Positions 45,871 to 57,273 of a stretch of 64,000 bases of DNA are shown in pieces. Origin of the DNA: Nitrospirales bacterium (GTDB lineage: Bacteria > Nitrospirota > Nitrospiria > Nitrospirales > UBA8639); contig OY820905.2 in the NCBI GenBank assembly GCA_963555755.3, forward strand, positions 4,224,001 through 4,288,000. The letters are read 5' to 3'. Under the pieces are notes generated by a model that saw nothing but the letters and a program-made list of their open reading frames with translations, ran no database searches and had not been told where the DNA came from. Made by a program: the position numbers and the translations under genes. The number at the start of each line of letters is the position of its first letter. Position 1 is the stretch's first letter.

Positions 45871-47949
45871 TTACGAGGGATGTGGTGTTGCAAGACCTGA
45901 GGTGGACATTTCGTTGTGCCGTTGATCCTTAAAGCTGACACTATTAATAAAAATTTCACATTTGGCAAGTGCATGTTCTTCTGATAATTTGTGGTAACAA
46001 CCAATGACAAATTCTCTTTTAATTTTATCGCCTTCTTCTGATATAAACTCTTCTTTCCCCTCTGGTATGACTTTACGAATTGTTTGATGCCTGGTATTTA
46101 TCACAACCGTTGCGGAAAAATCACCAGACCTATTTGATATTTCATCCCATTGAGACTTGTATTTATCAGAGCTGAACTTGCTCGGTGAATAAAATTTTTG
46201 AATTCGAAAATGAGCATCAACACCTTTTTGCGGGAATAACTCAAACAACAAAAGTTCTTCCTCAAGAAGGTTCTTGTTTGAATACCCGAAATGAAAATGG
46301 AGACTGGTTTTTTCATTCATTTTATTACTTTTTAAATCAAGCTTGAAATTATTCAGTTCAATCTGTAGAGACCCATCATGTAAGTTTATCCTGCTATTAT
46401 TGAACGCTGCAGGGAGATAATTTTTACCCAGAGACAAATATTCTATCCAATCATATAGCCCTCCTTCATAACCAACGGCAACCTCATTTAAATTCTCTTT
46501 CATAAGACTTAAATAGCCTGTACGTAAAGACCAGGTTTTTTTAATGTCAATATTGCAGATCACCCCTTTGGGATAGGCCAAGCAATGGCTGTAAACAAAA
46601 GAATCACTATGCGGTCTGTACCATAATGAAGAGATCCATGGCCTGCCCAGTTTGTCTTCCCAGAATTCAATCGTTTCTGGATCCCCAAGACTGACCAGTC
46701 TGATTTTTTCTACATCGAAATTTCGGGTTAAGGGCAATGCTTTCAGCAAATTATCCATTACCCACTTTGGACTTGACAGAAAAGCTTCCAGGGTGAGGTC
46801 ATTTGGTTTTTCTATTATCACATGGAAAGTTGAAAGATCACTCTTACTTAAAGTGATCTTCTGGTCTTCAGCTATTGGAATGGACTTGGTTGAATAGCTG
46901 TTCAAACTCCATATATTAAAATCGGCGTCAGATTTTAATACCCCAAAATGCCGGATATAAATCTGATTCCTGAGATACGCACGGAATCTTTTTCCCTTTG
47001 GGAAATAATCATCCTCATATTTTTTGTAAACCCCTGATGAAACCTTTTCATAAAAAGAATGTAAAGAGTTTTGTGCTTTACTTGCAAGGCTTTGTATAGT
47101 ATCCGGTAATTCAAATTGCTCCAACCAATCCATGGAATAGGCGTTCTGGCTACCATTTAAATTCGTTGAGATATTTCTAATGTAGAATTCTGCTGTATCT
47201 TTTAAATTTGAGATTTCATTAATTGGGACAGCTACATTATAATTTTCATTTTCATTTTTCTTGATAATCAAACCCACCACTTTTCCATCGACGTCAAGAA
47301 GTGGGCCTCCACTATTACCCGGTGATGCGGGAGAGGTAAACCTTATATTTTTCCACTTTCCGAATTCTGGTTCTGACGTGAAAGATGCCACCTGGCCAGC
47401 CCGAAAGGATATGCCTTCTCCTTGCGCATTTCCGACTGAAAACACCGTATCTCCTATTTCAACATTCTTTGAAATATCAAGCCTTAAAATGGTTTCAGGA
47501 TATTTCTCAAGCTCAAAAACAATCATATCCCGTATTGAAGAGAATTTTTTTATTTGACCAATTTTATATGTGCGACCATTTGAATCACGGATATAAAAAT
47601 CTTGTAAAAGGGAAAAATACTCCAGATTTAGCACGTGTGCGGCCGTCATTAATTCCTTATCATTTAAAAAGAAAGCAGTTCCGATGCTGAAGTAATTTTC
47701 GTTTCGTTCCTTAAAACTTAATTTCTCAAAAGGCAGTTCCCTGGCATATTTTATCCTTTTACTTTCAATTTTCGGGACGACGATTTCAAAGACGCTAAAC
47801 CTCAGGCTTTTAATAACCTGTTTGTCGAGGAATTTGATATTATTTGCTGCTCCGGCAATAAGCGGACAAAGTAAAAGAAGGGATAAAAACATGAACCTGA
47901 AGAGCGCTTGAATTTTATAGAATCCAGTATGTTGTAAATTAAATATCAT
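45871..47949 (-). CDS. Secreted trypsin-like (S1) serine protease with a large C-terminal region
   Basis: GTAFF, TAAHV, RDM, SPGNSGGPL; signal peptide; AT-rich. Confidence 0.85.
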   Translation of the reverse strand: MIFNLQHTGFYKIQALFRFMFLSLLLLCPLIAGAANNIKFLDKQVIKSLRFSVFEIVVPKIESKRIKYARELPFEKLSFKERNENYFSIGTAFFLNDKELMTAAHVLNLEYFSLLQDFYIRDSNGRTYKIGQIKKFSSIRDMIVFELEKYPETILRLDISKNVEIGDTVFSVGNAQGEGISFRAGQVASFTSEPEFGKWKNIRFTSPASPGNSGGPLLDVDGKVVGLIIKKNENENYNVAVPINEISNLKDTAEFYIRNISTNLNGSQNAYSMDWLEQFELPDTIQSLASKAQNSLHSFYEKVSSGVYKKYEDDYFPKGKRFRAYLRNQIYIRHFGVLKSDADFNIWSLNSYSTKSIPIAEDQKITLSKSDLSTFHVIIEKPNDLTLEAFLSSPKWVMDNLLKALPLTRNFDVEKIRLVSLGDPETIEFWEDKLGRPWISSLWYRPHSDSFVYSHCLAYPKGVICNIDIKKTWSLRTGYLSLMKENLNEVAVGYEGGLYDWIEYLSLGKNYLPAAFNNSRINLHDGSLQIELNNFKLDLKSNKMNEKTSLHFHFGYSNKNLLEEELLLFELFPQKGVDAHFRIQKFYSPSKFSSDKYKSQWDEISNRSGDFSATVVINTRHQTIRKVIPEGKEEFISEEGDKIKREFVIGCYHKLSEEHALAKCEIFINSVSFKDQRHNEMSTSGLATPHPS

Positions 47950-48579
47950 CTATGTGAACCTATATTACGGGTTATATTCCAGGTATTCTATCTCTGTTAT
48001 TCATCGACGTTATCTTGTTTGACCTGAGTATAGCCTTTAATTTGATTGAAAATCTAACGTTTAAAAACTTCAATAATTTTGAAAATAGGAAAAACTAACA
48101 GCCTTGTGGCTGATCAGAGAACATGGATTCAAACCTTAAATGCAAAATTAGCGTGAATGTAAAATGCAAAAATGTGGGGAAACCTATTTGCCAATTAACT
48201 AACCTACTCTTTACTTCCTTCATTCCGAGGCCGATCAGCATTCAATAGTCATAATTAGGGTTTGGTGCGAATTAAATAATTCCGGTTTGATCATAAATAT
48301 CACCAAGTATCCTAACTTGATAAAACCGAAAAACATCAGATGTTCTTCAGCCTGAATGTGGGTGGTCGTTTTGCCGTGCGGTCCCTGCTCCTTTCTTCCC
48401 CATTCATGCTCCACTTTCATGGTCTGAGGTGGTTCTTCATCGCCTCGATTGCGACCTTTGTTTTGAACTCGGTGCGAGTGCGCTTTCGTTTTCTGGTATG
48501 CCAAAACTTCTTCCGCAATGATTGAAAGATCTTCATCTCAACAATCTTATTGACTGCCTTCATATTGGAAGGCGGTCTT

Positions 48580-50334
48580 CTATTCGCGATCGATGCGGAC
48601 CTTGACTTTCTTTCCTTTAAGTCTGGTTCGGCTGAGGGCCTTTAGGATTCCCTGGGCCATTTCTTCCGGGACTCTCACTAGCGAAAAATGATCTTCTATT
48701 TTGATGGGGCCGATCATTTGCGAATTTGTCCCGGCCTCGTTGGCAATGGCGCCGACGAGATCTCCTGGCCGGATGCCTGCTGTTCGTCCGGCGCTGAAAT
48801 TTAGAGTCGCCAATTTTGTGGTACGGCTTCCACGATCTCGTTTTCCAAATGGTCGATCCGCTCCTCCTCGCGGCTTTGCGCCGCGGGGTTGTTCTGCCGG
48901 TTCCCGTCTCTGCCGCCGCGACACTTGTGATGTTTCTTGTTCGCGGTCTCGAATGACAGGAATCTCTTCTTCCTTTCGTTCCCCTGTTTTTGATCCATAG
49001 GCGAGTTGAATGGCGGCTGCGGCTACGTCCCCCGGGTCGAAATCTTCCGTGATTGCCTGGACGGTTTTTCGAAATCGGCCAAATTGATTGGCCGTGAGGA
49101 CTTCCTTAATGGAGGCTCCGATCCTTTCCAGTCGTTTGGCTTGGAGATCGGCGACCGTCGGGAGAGTAGCCATCTCGATTTTTGATTTCGTGAGACGTTC
49201 GATATTTTTCAGCAACCAGCGTTCGCGTGGTTCAACGAGCGTGAACGCTTCACCGCCACGTCCGGCCCGTCCGGTTCGTCCGATACGATGCACATAGCCT
49301 TCAGGAGACGCAGGGACGTCGTAATTCATCACATGCGATACGTGAGAGATATCCAGGCCTCGTGCAGCCACGTCCGTTGCGACCAACAGGTTGGTCTTTC
49401 CTGAGCGGAAGGAGGCCATCACGCGATCGCGTTGGGCCTGGTTCATTCCGCCATGAAGGCCTTCACCCCTGTGTCCACGGCTGTTAAGCATGGAGGTTAG
49501 CTCGTCGACTTCCAGGCGAGTTCGACAGAACACGAGGGTTGACGTCGGACTGGCCATATCCAGGATACGGGCCAGGGCCGCCACTTTGTGAGGTCGGGCG
49601 ACGAGGTAGGCCGTTTGGTGCACACGAGGTGCCACTCCGGTCTTCAATGGTTCTTTCACAATTTGAATATCAACTGGGTCTTGTAAATGGCGGCGTGCGA
49701 TGGACGCAATCCGTGGGGGCATGGTTGCCGAAAACAGTGCGGTCTGCCTGGTCGTGGGAGTCTGTTGAAGGATGGCGTCCAGATCTTCGGCGAACCCCAT
49801 ATTGAGCATCTCATCCGCCTCGTCCAGCACCATGATTTGCAAGTCCTTGAGCTGAAGGCTTTTTCGGCGGATATGATCCAGCGCTCGCCCTGGTGTCGCC
49901 ACAACGACATCAACGCCGCGTTTAAGGGCAATGAGTTGCGGTCGAATCGCCTGACCTCCATAGACTGCGAGTATGGCAATCCCTTGTTCTTTGCCATAGC
50001 GATGGACGGCTTCGCTCACTTGTATCGCCAATTCTCGTGTTGGCACGAGAATGAGAGCGAAAGGATTTTGCTGTCGCGTCGAATGGGCCAAGCGCTGGAG
50101 AAGAGGGAGCGTGAACGCGGCCGTCTTGCCTGTTCCTGTCGCGGCGTGACCCAGAAAGTCCCGTCCAGCCAATAATGGGGGGATGGCTTCCAGTTGAATT
50201 GGCGTGGGCTCTTCATATCCCAATGCCCCGAGCGTGGTGAGCAGTGTAGTTTCGAGTCCGAGAGATGCGAAGCCAGAGGGTAAGCCCTTTTTGGTCGGAG
50301 CCGTGGGTTGGTGGGTCGAGTCGTGTTTTTTCAT
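48580..50334 (-). CDS. deaD: DEAD-box RNA helicase with DbpA RNA-binding domain
   Basis: GTGKT, PTRELA, DEAD, SAT, HRIGRTGRAG, PGDLVGAIANE. Confidence 0.9.
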   Translation of the reverse strand: MKKHDSTHQPTAPTKKGLPSGFASLGLETTLLTTLGALGYEEPTPIQLEAIPPLLAGRDFLGHAATGTGKTAAFTLPLLQRLAHSTRQQNPFALILVPTRELAIQVSEAVHRYGKEQGIAILAVYGGQAIRPQLIALKRGVDVVVATPGRALDHIRRKSLQLKDLQIMVLDEADEMLNMGFAEDLDAILQQTPTTRQTALFSATMPPRIASIARRHLQDPVDIQIVKEPLKTGVAPRVHQTAYLVARPHKVAALARILDMASPTSTLVFCRTRLEVDELTSMLNSRGHRGEGLHGGMNQAQRDRVMASFRSGKTNLLVATDVAARGLDISHVSHVMNYDVPASPEGYVHRIGRTGRAGRGGEAFTLVEPRERWLLKNIERLTKSKIEMATLPTVADLQAKRLERIGASIKEVLTANQFGRFRKTVQAITEDFDPGDVAAAAIQLAYGSKTGERKEEEIPVIRDREQETSQVSRRQRREPAEQPRGAKPRGGADRPFGKRDRGSRTTKLATLNFSAGRTAGIRPGDLVGAIANEAGTNSQMIGPIKIEDHFSLVRVPEEMAQGILKALSRTRLKGKKVKVRIDRE

Positions 50335-50452
50335 GGACTATATGGTTAACCTTTCTGTATTGGGTATTGGTGCCAACTCATTTCATTGGGCACAAGGCCC
50401 ATCCAAATAGTTGAATGAGTGGAAGATTTTAATAATGAATTTCTGGAAAATT

Positions 50453-52666
50453 TCACTGGCTCTTGTTGCCATGCAGGGCGCGGAATATGCGTAGTTGGCC
50501 GAAATTGCAGAGGTCGCCGAGGATTTCTTTGGCGCCAGTTAAATTTCCAAACCCGGTTTGGGCAAAGGCTGCGGCGATTTGGGTATGTTGGTCAGGGGAT
50601 AATAGCCGCTCGATATCTACTGGCTCACCAGCTTGGATGGCTTGTTCCAGATGTCCATAGATGGTGCTGTTGACCAACCCACGGTGTTGGGCGATATGTT
50701 CGACCGTATCCCCTAATCGAAAAAAGCGCAATGTTTCCTGAACGGTATCGCCCAGTTGCTTCTTCCTGGAGGATAACAGTGGTGGTGGTAGCGGCGGAGG
50801 GGCAGACGACTCTTTTGAAAAATTCTGGCGCGAATGAATCTCCATGTGACCCGCAATAGCTGCTAGAAACACCGTGCCAAACTCCTGTAATTTTTGCTTT
50901 CCCACGCCGCTTATCTGTAGGAATTCCCGTTCATTAGCTGGGTAATCTCGTGCCATCTGGCGTAGCGCCACGTCGGAAAATACGACATAGGCTGGAACGT
51001 CACGCTCATCGGCTAAATTTTTTCGTAGTTGGCGCAAGTGATTGAATAGTGCTTCGTCATGAACCAAATCACCGGCAGGTGTCTTCTTCCGCTCTGGTGC
51101 GCTCATGGGTTTCGTCAAAATGATTGGTGGACGCTCTCGAAGGAAGCCTCGGCCTTGGGCTGTCAGCTCTAAGATGGTAAAGGGCTCAGTTGTTTGTTGG
51201 AGGTATCCAAGCCGGATGAGTTCCCGACTGATGGCTGCCCATTCGGGTCGGCTGTGAATATTCTTTCCGCTTCCATACGCATTCAGTCGCTCATGGCCCC
51301 ATCGTCGAACTTTCTCGGTATTCGCTCCGGTCAGGACCTCAATCACATGATTGAGGCCTACACCAAAACCACTTTTTCCCCGTATCTGGGCGACGCAAGA
51401 CAGAATGGTGCAGGCGTCTTCTGTCCCATCAAACACGTCCCTGGGTGTCAGACAGTTGTCGCAGGCTTGGCATTTTTCGGAGTCAAATTTTTCACCAAAA
51501 TATTGTAATAATTTGACACGCCGACAGGTTGGGCATTCTGCATACTGGACCATTTGCTGGAGTTGTGTGCGAGCAATCTGCTGTTCTTGAATGTCCGGCT
51601 TTTCATTGATGAAGCGGTACTGCTTCACCGTATCCCCGGCGCTGAAGAGCAGGATGCACTCGCTTGGCAATCCATCGCGGCCGGCACGACCGGTCTCCTG
51701 ATAATAACTTTCAAGATTTTTTGGCAAGTCATAATGAATGACAAATCTTACGTTGGGTTTATCGATCCCCATCCCGAATGCAATCGTTGCGCAGATGACT
51801 TGAACCTCATCCCGCAGGAACAACTCTTGATGGTGTGACCGTTCCTTCGCCGTGAGGCCCGCATGATAGGGCTGGGCCTTGATGCCCTGGGCCTGTAATC
51901 GTTCCGCTAGATTTTCTGTGGTTTTTCGGCTCTGGCAGTATACGATTCCGCTTTCCTGTGATTGGGTCTGGAGAAAAGCCAGGACTTGTTCGAAGGGATG
52001 AGCTTTGGCCAGCACCCGGTAGGTGAGATTCGGCCGATTGAAACTGGCCAGGTAACGTCCAGGGTCCCGCAGTTGCAAGAGGGTGAGGATGTCGTTTCGA
52101 ACCCGTTCCGTTGCTGTTGCGGTGAGCGCCATGATCGGCAAGGAAGGAAACCACTTTCGCAGCTCCACGAGCCGCCGATATTCCGGTCGGAAATCATGAC
52201 CCCATTCACTGATGCAATGGGCTTCGTCAATTGCGAGAAGATTGACCTGCCATTCCTGAAGATTACTCAGGTAACCGGATAGCATGAGCCGTTCCGGCGC
52301 AATGTAGAGCAGCCGGTAGTCTCCACGGTGCAAACCCCGCAACCGGGCTCGAGATTCATTCGAGTCCAAGGATGAATTGAGGAAGGTCGCGGCAATTCCA
52401 TTGGCTTGAAGTGCATCAACTTGGTCTTTCATGAGCGCAATAAGCGGGGAGATCACCACGGTGAGCCCCGGTCGGGCTAATGCTGGCAACTGAAAGCAGA
52501 GTGACTTTCCACCGCCCGTCGGCAACAGGGCTACTACATCTCGCCCGTCCAGTGCATCGCGGATGATCTCTTCTTGCAAAGGCCGAAATGAGGTAAAGCC
52601 AAAATGCTCTTTCAATAGAGAGAGCAGAGGAACGTGTTTCGGTGGGCTGGGGTGTGATGAATCCAT
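50453..52666 (-). CDS. recQ: RecQ DNA helicase (RQC, HRDC, C-terminal HTH)
   Basis: PTGGGKS, DEAHCISEWGHDFRPEY, QETGRAGRDG, VPAYVVFSD. Confidence 0.95.
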   Translation of the reverse strand: MDSSHPSPPKHVPLLSLLKEHFGFTSFRPLQEEIIRDALDGRDVVALLPTGGGKSLCFQLPALARPGLTVVISPLIALMKDQVDALQANGIAATFLNSSLDSNESRARLRGLHRGDYRLLYIAPERLMLSGYLSNLQEWQVNLLAIDEAHCISEWGHDFRPEYRRLVELRKWFPSLPIMALTATATERVRNDILTLLQLRDPGRYLASFNRPNLTYRVLAKAHPFEQVLAFLQTQSQESGIVYCQSRKTTENLAERLQAQGIKAQPYHAGLTAKERSHHQELFLRDEVQVICATIAFGMGIDKPNVRFVIHYDLPKNLESYYQETGRAGRDGLPSECILLFSAGDTVKQYRFINEKPDIQEQQIARTQLQQMVQYAECPTCRRVKLLQYFGEKFDSEKCQACDNCLTPRDVFDGTEDACTILSCVAQIRGKSGFGVGLNHVIEVLTGANTEKVRRWGHERLNAYGSGKNIHSRPEWAAISRELIRLGYLQQTTEPFTILELTAQGRGFLRERPPIILTKPMSAPERKKTPAGDLVHDEALFNHLRQLRKNLADERDVPAYVVFSDVALRQMARDYPANEREFLQISGVGKQKLQEFGTVFLAAIAGHMEIHSRQNFSKESSAPPPLPPPLLSSRKKQLGDTVQETLRFFRLGDTVEHIAQHRGLVNSTIYGHLEQAIQAGEPVDIERLLSPDQHTQIAAAFAQTGFGNLTGAKEILGDLCNFGQLRIFRALHGNKSQ

Positions 52667-53143
52667 TGGGAATGACTATCGGGCCACTCAGAATTGGCAA
52701 TTGTGAAGCTTGATCTGACAGAGTACAACTGTTACCTACTCGAACCCCATTTTGCATGAGGTGGTGGACGCTCAGCAACAATAGGGTGTTTTCATCCATT
52801 ACGATGGGCTATCGGACAACCATGATCATGGAATCCAAGCAGCTTATCCCTAGTTTTTCGAAGGAGAGCCCCGCAAGCCCGTTGGTGGGCGCTGTGGAAA
52901 TTGTCTATACTGAGCACTCCGCCTATCCGTTGGATTCTGTACACTTGTGGGTTTTCGTAGAAAAAGGTTCCCTCTTTTTTTCAGGTTTTTTCCCTACATT
53001 CCCCTGACGTATGTTCGTGTAAGAATCACTTCCTTCTTTTTCTTTCATGAAGATTGGTCGGTACTGGGTAATGATCCTGGGTGAAAAAAATCCCAAGGTT
53101 CTGAGCCAATCGACCGAGAAAAACAAGAGAAGGAAATCTGCCC

Positions 53144-53485
53144 ATGTATATTACCGAACATGTTCATGATGGGGTCTTGGTGCTGAAGGTCTCAGGACGT
53201 TTAAACTACTATTCGAGGAAAACGTTCCAGGCTGTGATGCAAAATGCTGCACGAGGTTCTGTCGATCATGTGGTCGTCAATCTTGAACGGGTAGATTTTC
53301 TGGATAGCGTGGTGATCGGGTTACTCGTACTCTCACAAGCCAGACTGTCATTGCAAGGAGTTGTGTTGAGTCTCGTCGGTCCGCACTCAAACGTGAAGAA
53401 TATGCTGGACTTGGCCAATATTCCCAAACTCATTCCTGTGTACTCTACTGAAGAAGAAGCTATCGGTCTTTCAGTCGCGGTATAG
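53144..53485 (+). CDS. STAS-domain anti-sigma factor antagonist
   Basis: V.GRL, VNL..V.FLDS..IG.L. Confidence 0.85.
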   Translation: MYITEHVHDGVLVLKVSGRLNYYSRKTFQAVMQNAARGSVDHVVVNLERVDFLDSVVIGLLVLSQARLSLQGVVLSLVGPHSNVKNMLDLANIPKLIPVYSTEEEAIGLSVAV

Positions 53486-53779
53486 TTCAATCCTCCTTCC
53501 TCATTTCCCCAACAATTCCTGTGCCATTCCGTATTTTTCATTGTATCTTTTTGGGTTCCAGTTGTATGTAAATCGATACAGTCTGGTCTTTGCGCGACTG
53601 TATTCCTTACCTTCAAAAAAGAGGTTTTGACTACTTATCAGGCAATGACCCGAAAATCCAGGGAGAAAGTGGTGGGGTTTTATCTGGCCCCATTTTTGCG
53701 CAGGGAGTAGAGTGTCTCTTGCTCAGAGCAGTTTCCAGATTGTTCACTTTCAATTATTTCACCAAAAGGAGGTTGGGTT

Positions 53780-54418
53780 ATGCCCGTATCCATGTCGAGA
53801 AAATCGTATTCGGTAAAACTACGCGACCAAATGTACCCTGGAGACATCATTGCCTTTGGCGGTAAAACGCAATTCAGTCGAGTCATCAAATGGTTCACCG
53901 GCTCTCCGGTCAGCCATGTTGCCATTTTATTGAAAACCAGGCGGCCGGAGGCCAAAACTGATGGGTATTATAATCAAATCATTGAATCCACGGTGAAAGA
54001 TGATAAAAGTGGAGTCATTGTGTCAAAGTTATCGCGTGCGGTTAAACAATACAAAGGGGAAATCTGGTGGTTGCCACTCAGTCAAACGGTTCGAGAGAAA
54101 CTCGACTTGGAAAAATATTTTGATTGGTTAGAAAAGCAAGAGGGCAAAAAATATGATATAGGGCAACTTATCCCCTGTGCCCTCGATTTTCTTGGGCCCT
54201 TGACCAAAACGCAAGAAGATTATGAAAAGTTGTTTTGCTCGGAATTGGTTGTTGGGGCATTAAAAGCCGGCGGGGCGATTCCGAAGAAGGTTAACGCGTC
54301 AGAGGTGACACCAAAGGACTTGATGAGTTGGAATATTTATGCCAATACCTATGTCCAATTGAAAGGGAGTCGGACGGAAATCAGCGAATTAAATTCCAAG
54401 CCCGTCACCAGTGCGTAG
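53780..54418 (+). CDS. Permuted papain-like amidase (YiiX/YaeF-like)
   Basis: PGDII.F, SHVAI, GKKYD, LFCSELV. Confidence 0.8.
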   Translation: MPVSMSRKSYSVKLRDQMYPGDIIAFGGKTQFSRVIKWFTGSPVSHVAILLKTRRPEAKTDGYYNQIIESTVKDDKSGVIVSKLSRAVKQYKGEIWWLPLSQTVREKLDLEKYFDWLEKQEGKKYDIGQLIPCALDFLGPLTKTQEDYEKLFCSELVVGALKAGGAIPKKVNASEVTPKDLMSWNIYANTYVQLKGSRTEISELNSKPVTSA

Positions 54419-54659
54419 TTGCTGGCTCTCGATAGCTCGTCCGACTTGTGGTGTGATAGTTATGGGGATCCTGGCCCTTCCTCAAAGGCAGTGAGCTCTC
54501 GAAGAACTGTTCTGTGAGAGCTCACGGTCATTGTGGCAAATTCGGGAACCTTTCGTGGGACCGAACGACTTTGGAATTGAAAAACAGTACAAGAACTGAT
54601 CACGCCCTGCTCACAATCAGGTGATCGTGCTATGATCGTGAATGTGTGAATGATGAAGG

Positions 54660-56474
54660 ATGATAAATGCCGTGATGCCAGAAATTGCCGGAACTGAAAA
54701 TCGAGTTCACCAATTGCGTTCGCAATTAATCCAGCAAGGCCTATCTGGGTTTATTATTCCGCACGCCGATGAATATCAAAATGAATACCTGCCCGCTTGC
54801 GCTGAGCGGCTGGCTTGGCTCACGGGCTTTACAGGATCGGCGGGAATGGCGGTGGTGTTGTCGAACCAAGCCGCGGTGTTTGTTGATGGCCGCTATGTGT
54901 TGCAAGTCCGCAATCAAGTGAACCTTAGCATCTTCGAACCTCAGCATATCTCGGAGGTATCTGTGCATGACTGGTTACCTTCCGTGCTAAAACCTGGAGA
55001 CACACTTGGCTATGACCCCTGGCTGCATACGCCAAAGGAAATACACAAGCTTCGCCAAGCCTGTGCCCGCGTTCAGGCTGAACTCATTCCCTGCCAAGCG
55101 AATCCGGTGGATATCATTTGGACTGATCGCCCCCAGGTGCCTGGTGCTCCGGTTGTTCCTCATTCAACCCTGTATGCGGGGCAATCGTCCGAGGCCAAAC
55201 GCAAAGAACTGGCTCGGAAGCTCAAAGACGATCGGATTGATGTGGTCGTGCTCACGGCTCCCGATTCGATTGCCTGGTTGCTGAATATTCGAGGGGGTGA
55301 TGTTTCTCATACTCCACTGCCGCTGGGTTTTGTCTCGGTGCGAAGCGATGAATCGGCTATGCTTTTTCTGGATAGTCCCAAAGTGTGTGAGTCCTTACGG
55401 GATCATCTTGGGCCGAGTGTGGTGCTGGCTTCCATCGAAGAGTTTGGACCGGCTCTGGAGCAAATTGGCAGAGACAGGAGCCGAGTGTTGTGTGATCCAC
55501 AACGAACAGCGAGTTCTATTTTTGATCAATTGGAAAAGGCGGGTGCCGAGATTGTCGAAGGGGAAGATCCCTGTGTCTTGCCAAAGGCCTGTAAAAATGC
55601 TGTGGAAATAGCAGGCACAAGGGAAGCGCACAGACGAGATGGCGCGGCTGTGTGTGAATTTCTGGCATGGTTGGTGCGGGAAGCGCTCCAGGGGACAGTG
55701 ACCGAGCTTGATGCGCAATCCTATCTGGATTCTTGTCGGGAACAGCAAACCTTATGGAAAGACCTGAGTTTCCCTACGATTTCTGCTGGAGGACCCAACG
55801 GAGCCATTGTCCATTATCGAGCCTTGATTGAAACCAATCGGCCACTTATACCTGATACGTTGTATTTGGTTGATTCCGGCGGGCAATATTTGGATGGGAC
55901 GACGGATATCACACGCACCGTAGCAATCGGCACACCAACGTCGGAGCAGCGTGAGTGCTATACACGAGTGTTAAAGGGCCATATTGCGTTAGCCCTGGCC
56001 ACCTTTCCCAAAGGGACGACGGGCACGCAACTGGATATCTTGGCACGTTGGCCGTTGTGGGAAGTCGGGTTGGACTATGACCATGGAACCGGACATGGCG
56101 TAGGAAGTTATCTTGGCGTGCACGAAGGGCCGCAACGGATTTCCAAAGCCTCTAGTACCGTGGCGTTAGAGAAAGGGATGATCATCTCCAACGAACCTGG
56201 ATATTATAAAACCGGAGAATTCGGTATCCGCTTGGAAAATTTGGTGCTGGTCGTGCCGGCGGAAACAAGGGGCTCAACGGATCGTGAATGGTTCGCGTTC
56301 GAGACGCTCACCGTGGTGCCCTTTGATCGAAACCTGATTGATCCATCGCTCCTCACGTCAAAAGAAATCGATTGGGTGAATGCCTATCATGACCATGTTC
56401 GAGAGACCATCGTCCCATTGTTGAATCCCATCACCCAATCCTGGTTGCGCGATGCCACCACACCTTTACCGTAA
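54660..56474 (+). CDS. Xaa-Pro aminopeptidase (aminopeptidase P family)
   Basis: GFTGSAG, DSGGQYLDGTTDITRT, HGTGHGVG, HEGP, NEPGYY, GIRLEN. Confidence 0.93.
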   Translation: MINAVMPEIAGTENRVHQLRSQLIQQGLSGFIIPHADEYQNEYLPACAERLAWLTGFTGSAGMAVVLSNQAAVFVDGRYVLQVRNQVNLSIFEPQHISEVSVHDWLPSVLKPGDTLGYDPWLHTPKEIHKLRQACARVQAELIPCQANPVDIIWTDRPQVPGAPVVPHSTLYAGQSSEAKRKELARKLKDDRIDVVVLTAPDSIAWLLNIRGGDVSHTPLPLGFVSVRSDESAMLFLDSPKVCESLRDHLGPSVVLASIEEFGPALEQIGRDRSRVLCDPQRTASSIFDQLEKAGAEIVEGEDPCVLPKACKNAVEIAGTREAHRRDGAAVCEFLAWLVREALQGTVTELDAQSYLDSCREQQTLWKDLSFPTISAGGPNGAIVHYRALIETNRPLIPDTLYLVDSGGQYLDGTTDITRTVAIGTPTSEQRECYTRVLKGHIALALATFPKGTTGTQLDILARWPLWEVGLDYDHGTGHGVGSYLGVHEGPQRISKASSTVALEKGMIISNEPGYYKTGEFGIRLENLVLVVPAETRGSTDREWFAFETLTVVPFDRNLIDPSLLTSKEIDWVNAYHDHVRETIVPLLNPITQSWLRDATTPLP

Positions 56475-56594
56475 TTACGAAAAACGCCTTCATTCCGCAC
56501 CTTGCACTCCCCCCCTACTGGTATGACACAATCCTCAAAGTCCAATATCGAGATATTGTGTGATGAGTTCAAAGGATAGGAGGAGAGTTTCGTC

Positions 56595-56906
56595 ATGAAT
56601 GTGGAGGAAAAAGATACACAAATTTCAGCCAAAATTCGGGCTCAACTTGGTGATACTGCCAACATTGAAGAGGTTGTGGTCAAAGGAGACCTTTTGCAAC
56701 TGCATGTGACCAAAGAATTTTACGAACGATTGGCTGTTGATCGTGAGCGCGGAAGAAAAATTATGTTGGCCTTGATGCAACAAATGAAAACCCTCACGAA
56801 TTTAGACGAAGTTACCGCCCGGGTGTATTGTGAAAAAGACAAGATGATCGAAGCCAAAACCAAGAAGTGGGGCGGAGACAATGTCACGTATGTGTATGAC
56901 TTGTAA
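56595..56906 (+). CDS. Hypothetical protein
   Basis: Strong RBS GGAGGAG; plausible globular composition. Confidence 0.7.
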   Translation: MNVEEKDTQISAKIRAQLGDTANIEEVVVKGDLLQLHVTKEFYERLAVDRERGRKIMLALMQQMKTLTNLDEVTARVYCEKDKMIEAKTKKWGGDNVTYVYDL

Positions 56907-57088
56907 GATTTGATGATTCTTTCGATGCCTTCCCTGAATCCCCAATGGCTGATGAGTAAAGAATATTACTGATGACCTGATCGTATCAGCTGCGGCCTTC
57001 CTGATTGTCCTCACCCTCGTTTCCAGAATTTCCCCTTCTTGTCACAGCGAGAGGTGCTCTTCACTCCCCGAACGAACGGGCTTGAATC

Positions 57089-57129
57089 CCAACTGCCGTT
57101 TCTAGGTTAAACCTAGAAATAGCAGTTGG
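57089..57129. repeat. Near-perfect 20-bp inverted repeat; half-sites recur near 1021 and 61960
   Basis: CCAACTGCCGTTTCTAGGTT-A-AACCTAGAAATAGCAGTTGG. Confidence 0.75.
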
Positions 57130-57273
57130 ATCACAAAAGTCCGCGCAAGCCCTTGACGCACATCGTGGAATAAAAAAAGTCTCATCACCACTGAGGTGAC
57201 CACGACTTTCGGTATTTCACCATGCACGCCAATATCTTACACGTCTTTTTTGCGCCCAACTGTCGTTTCTTGG

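Noticed and set aside
48235..48525. Small ORFs between the protease and deaD
   Set aside because: Conflicting overlapping frames with no recognisable motif; cannot choose or support one
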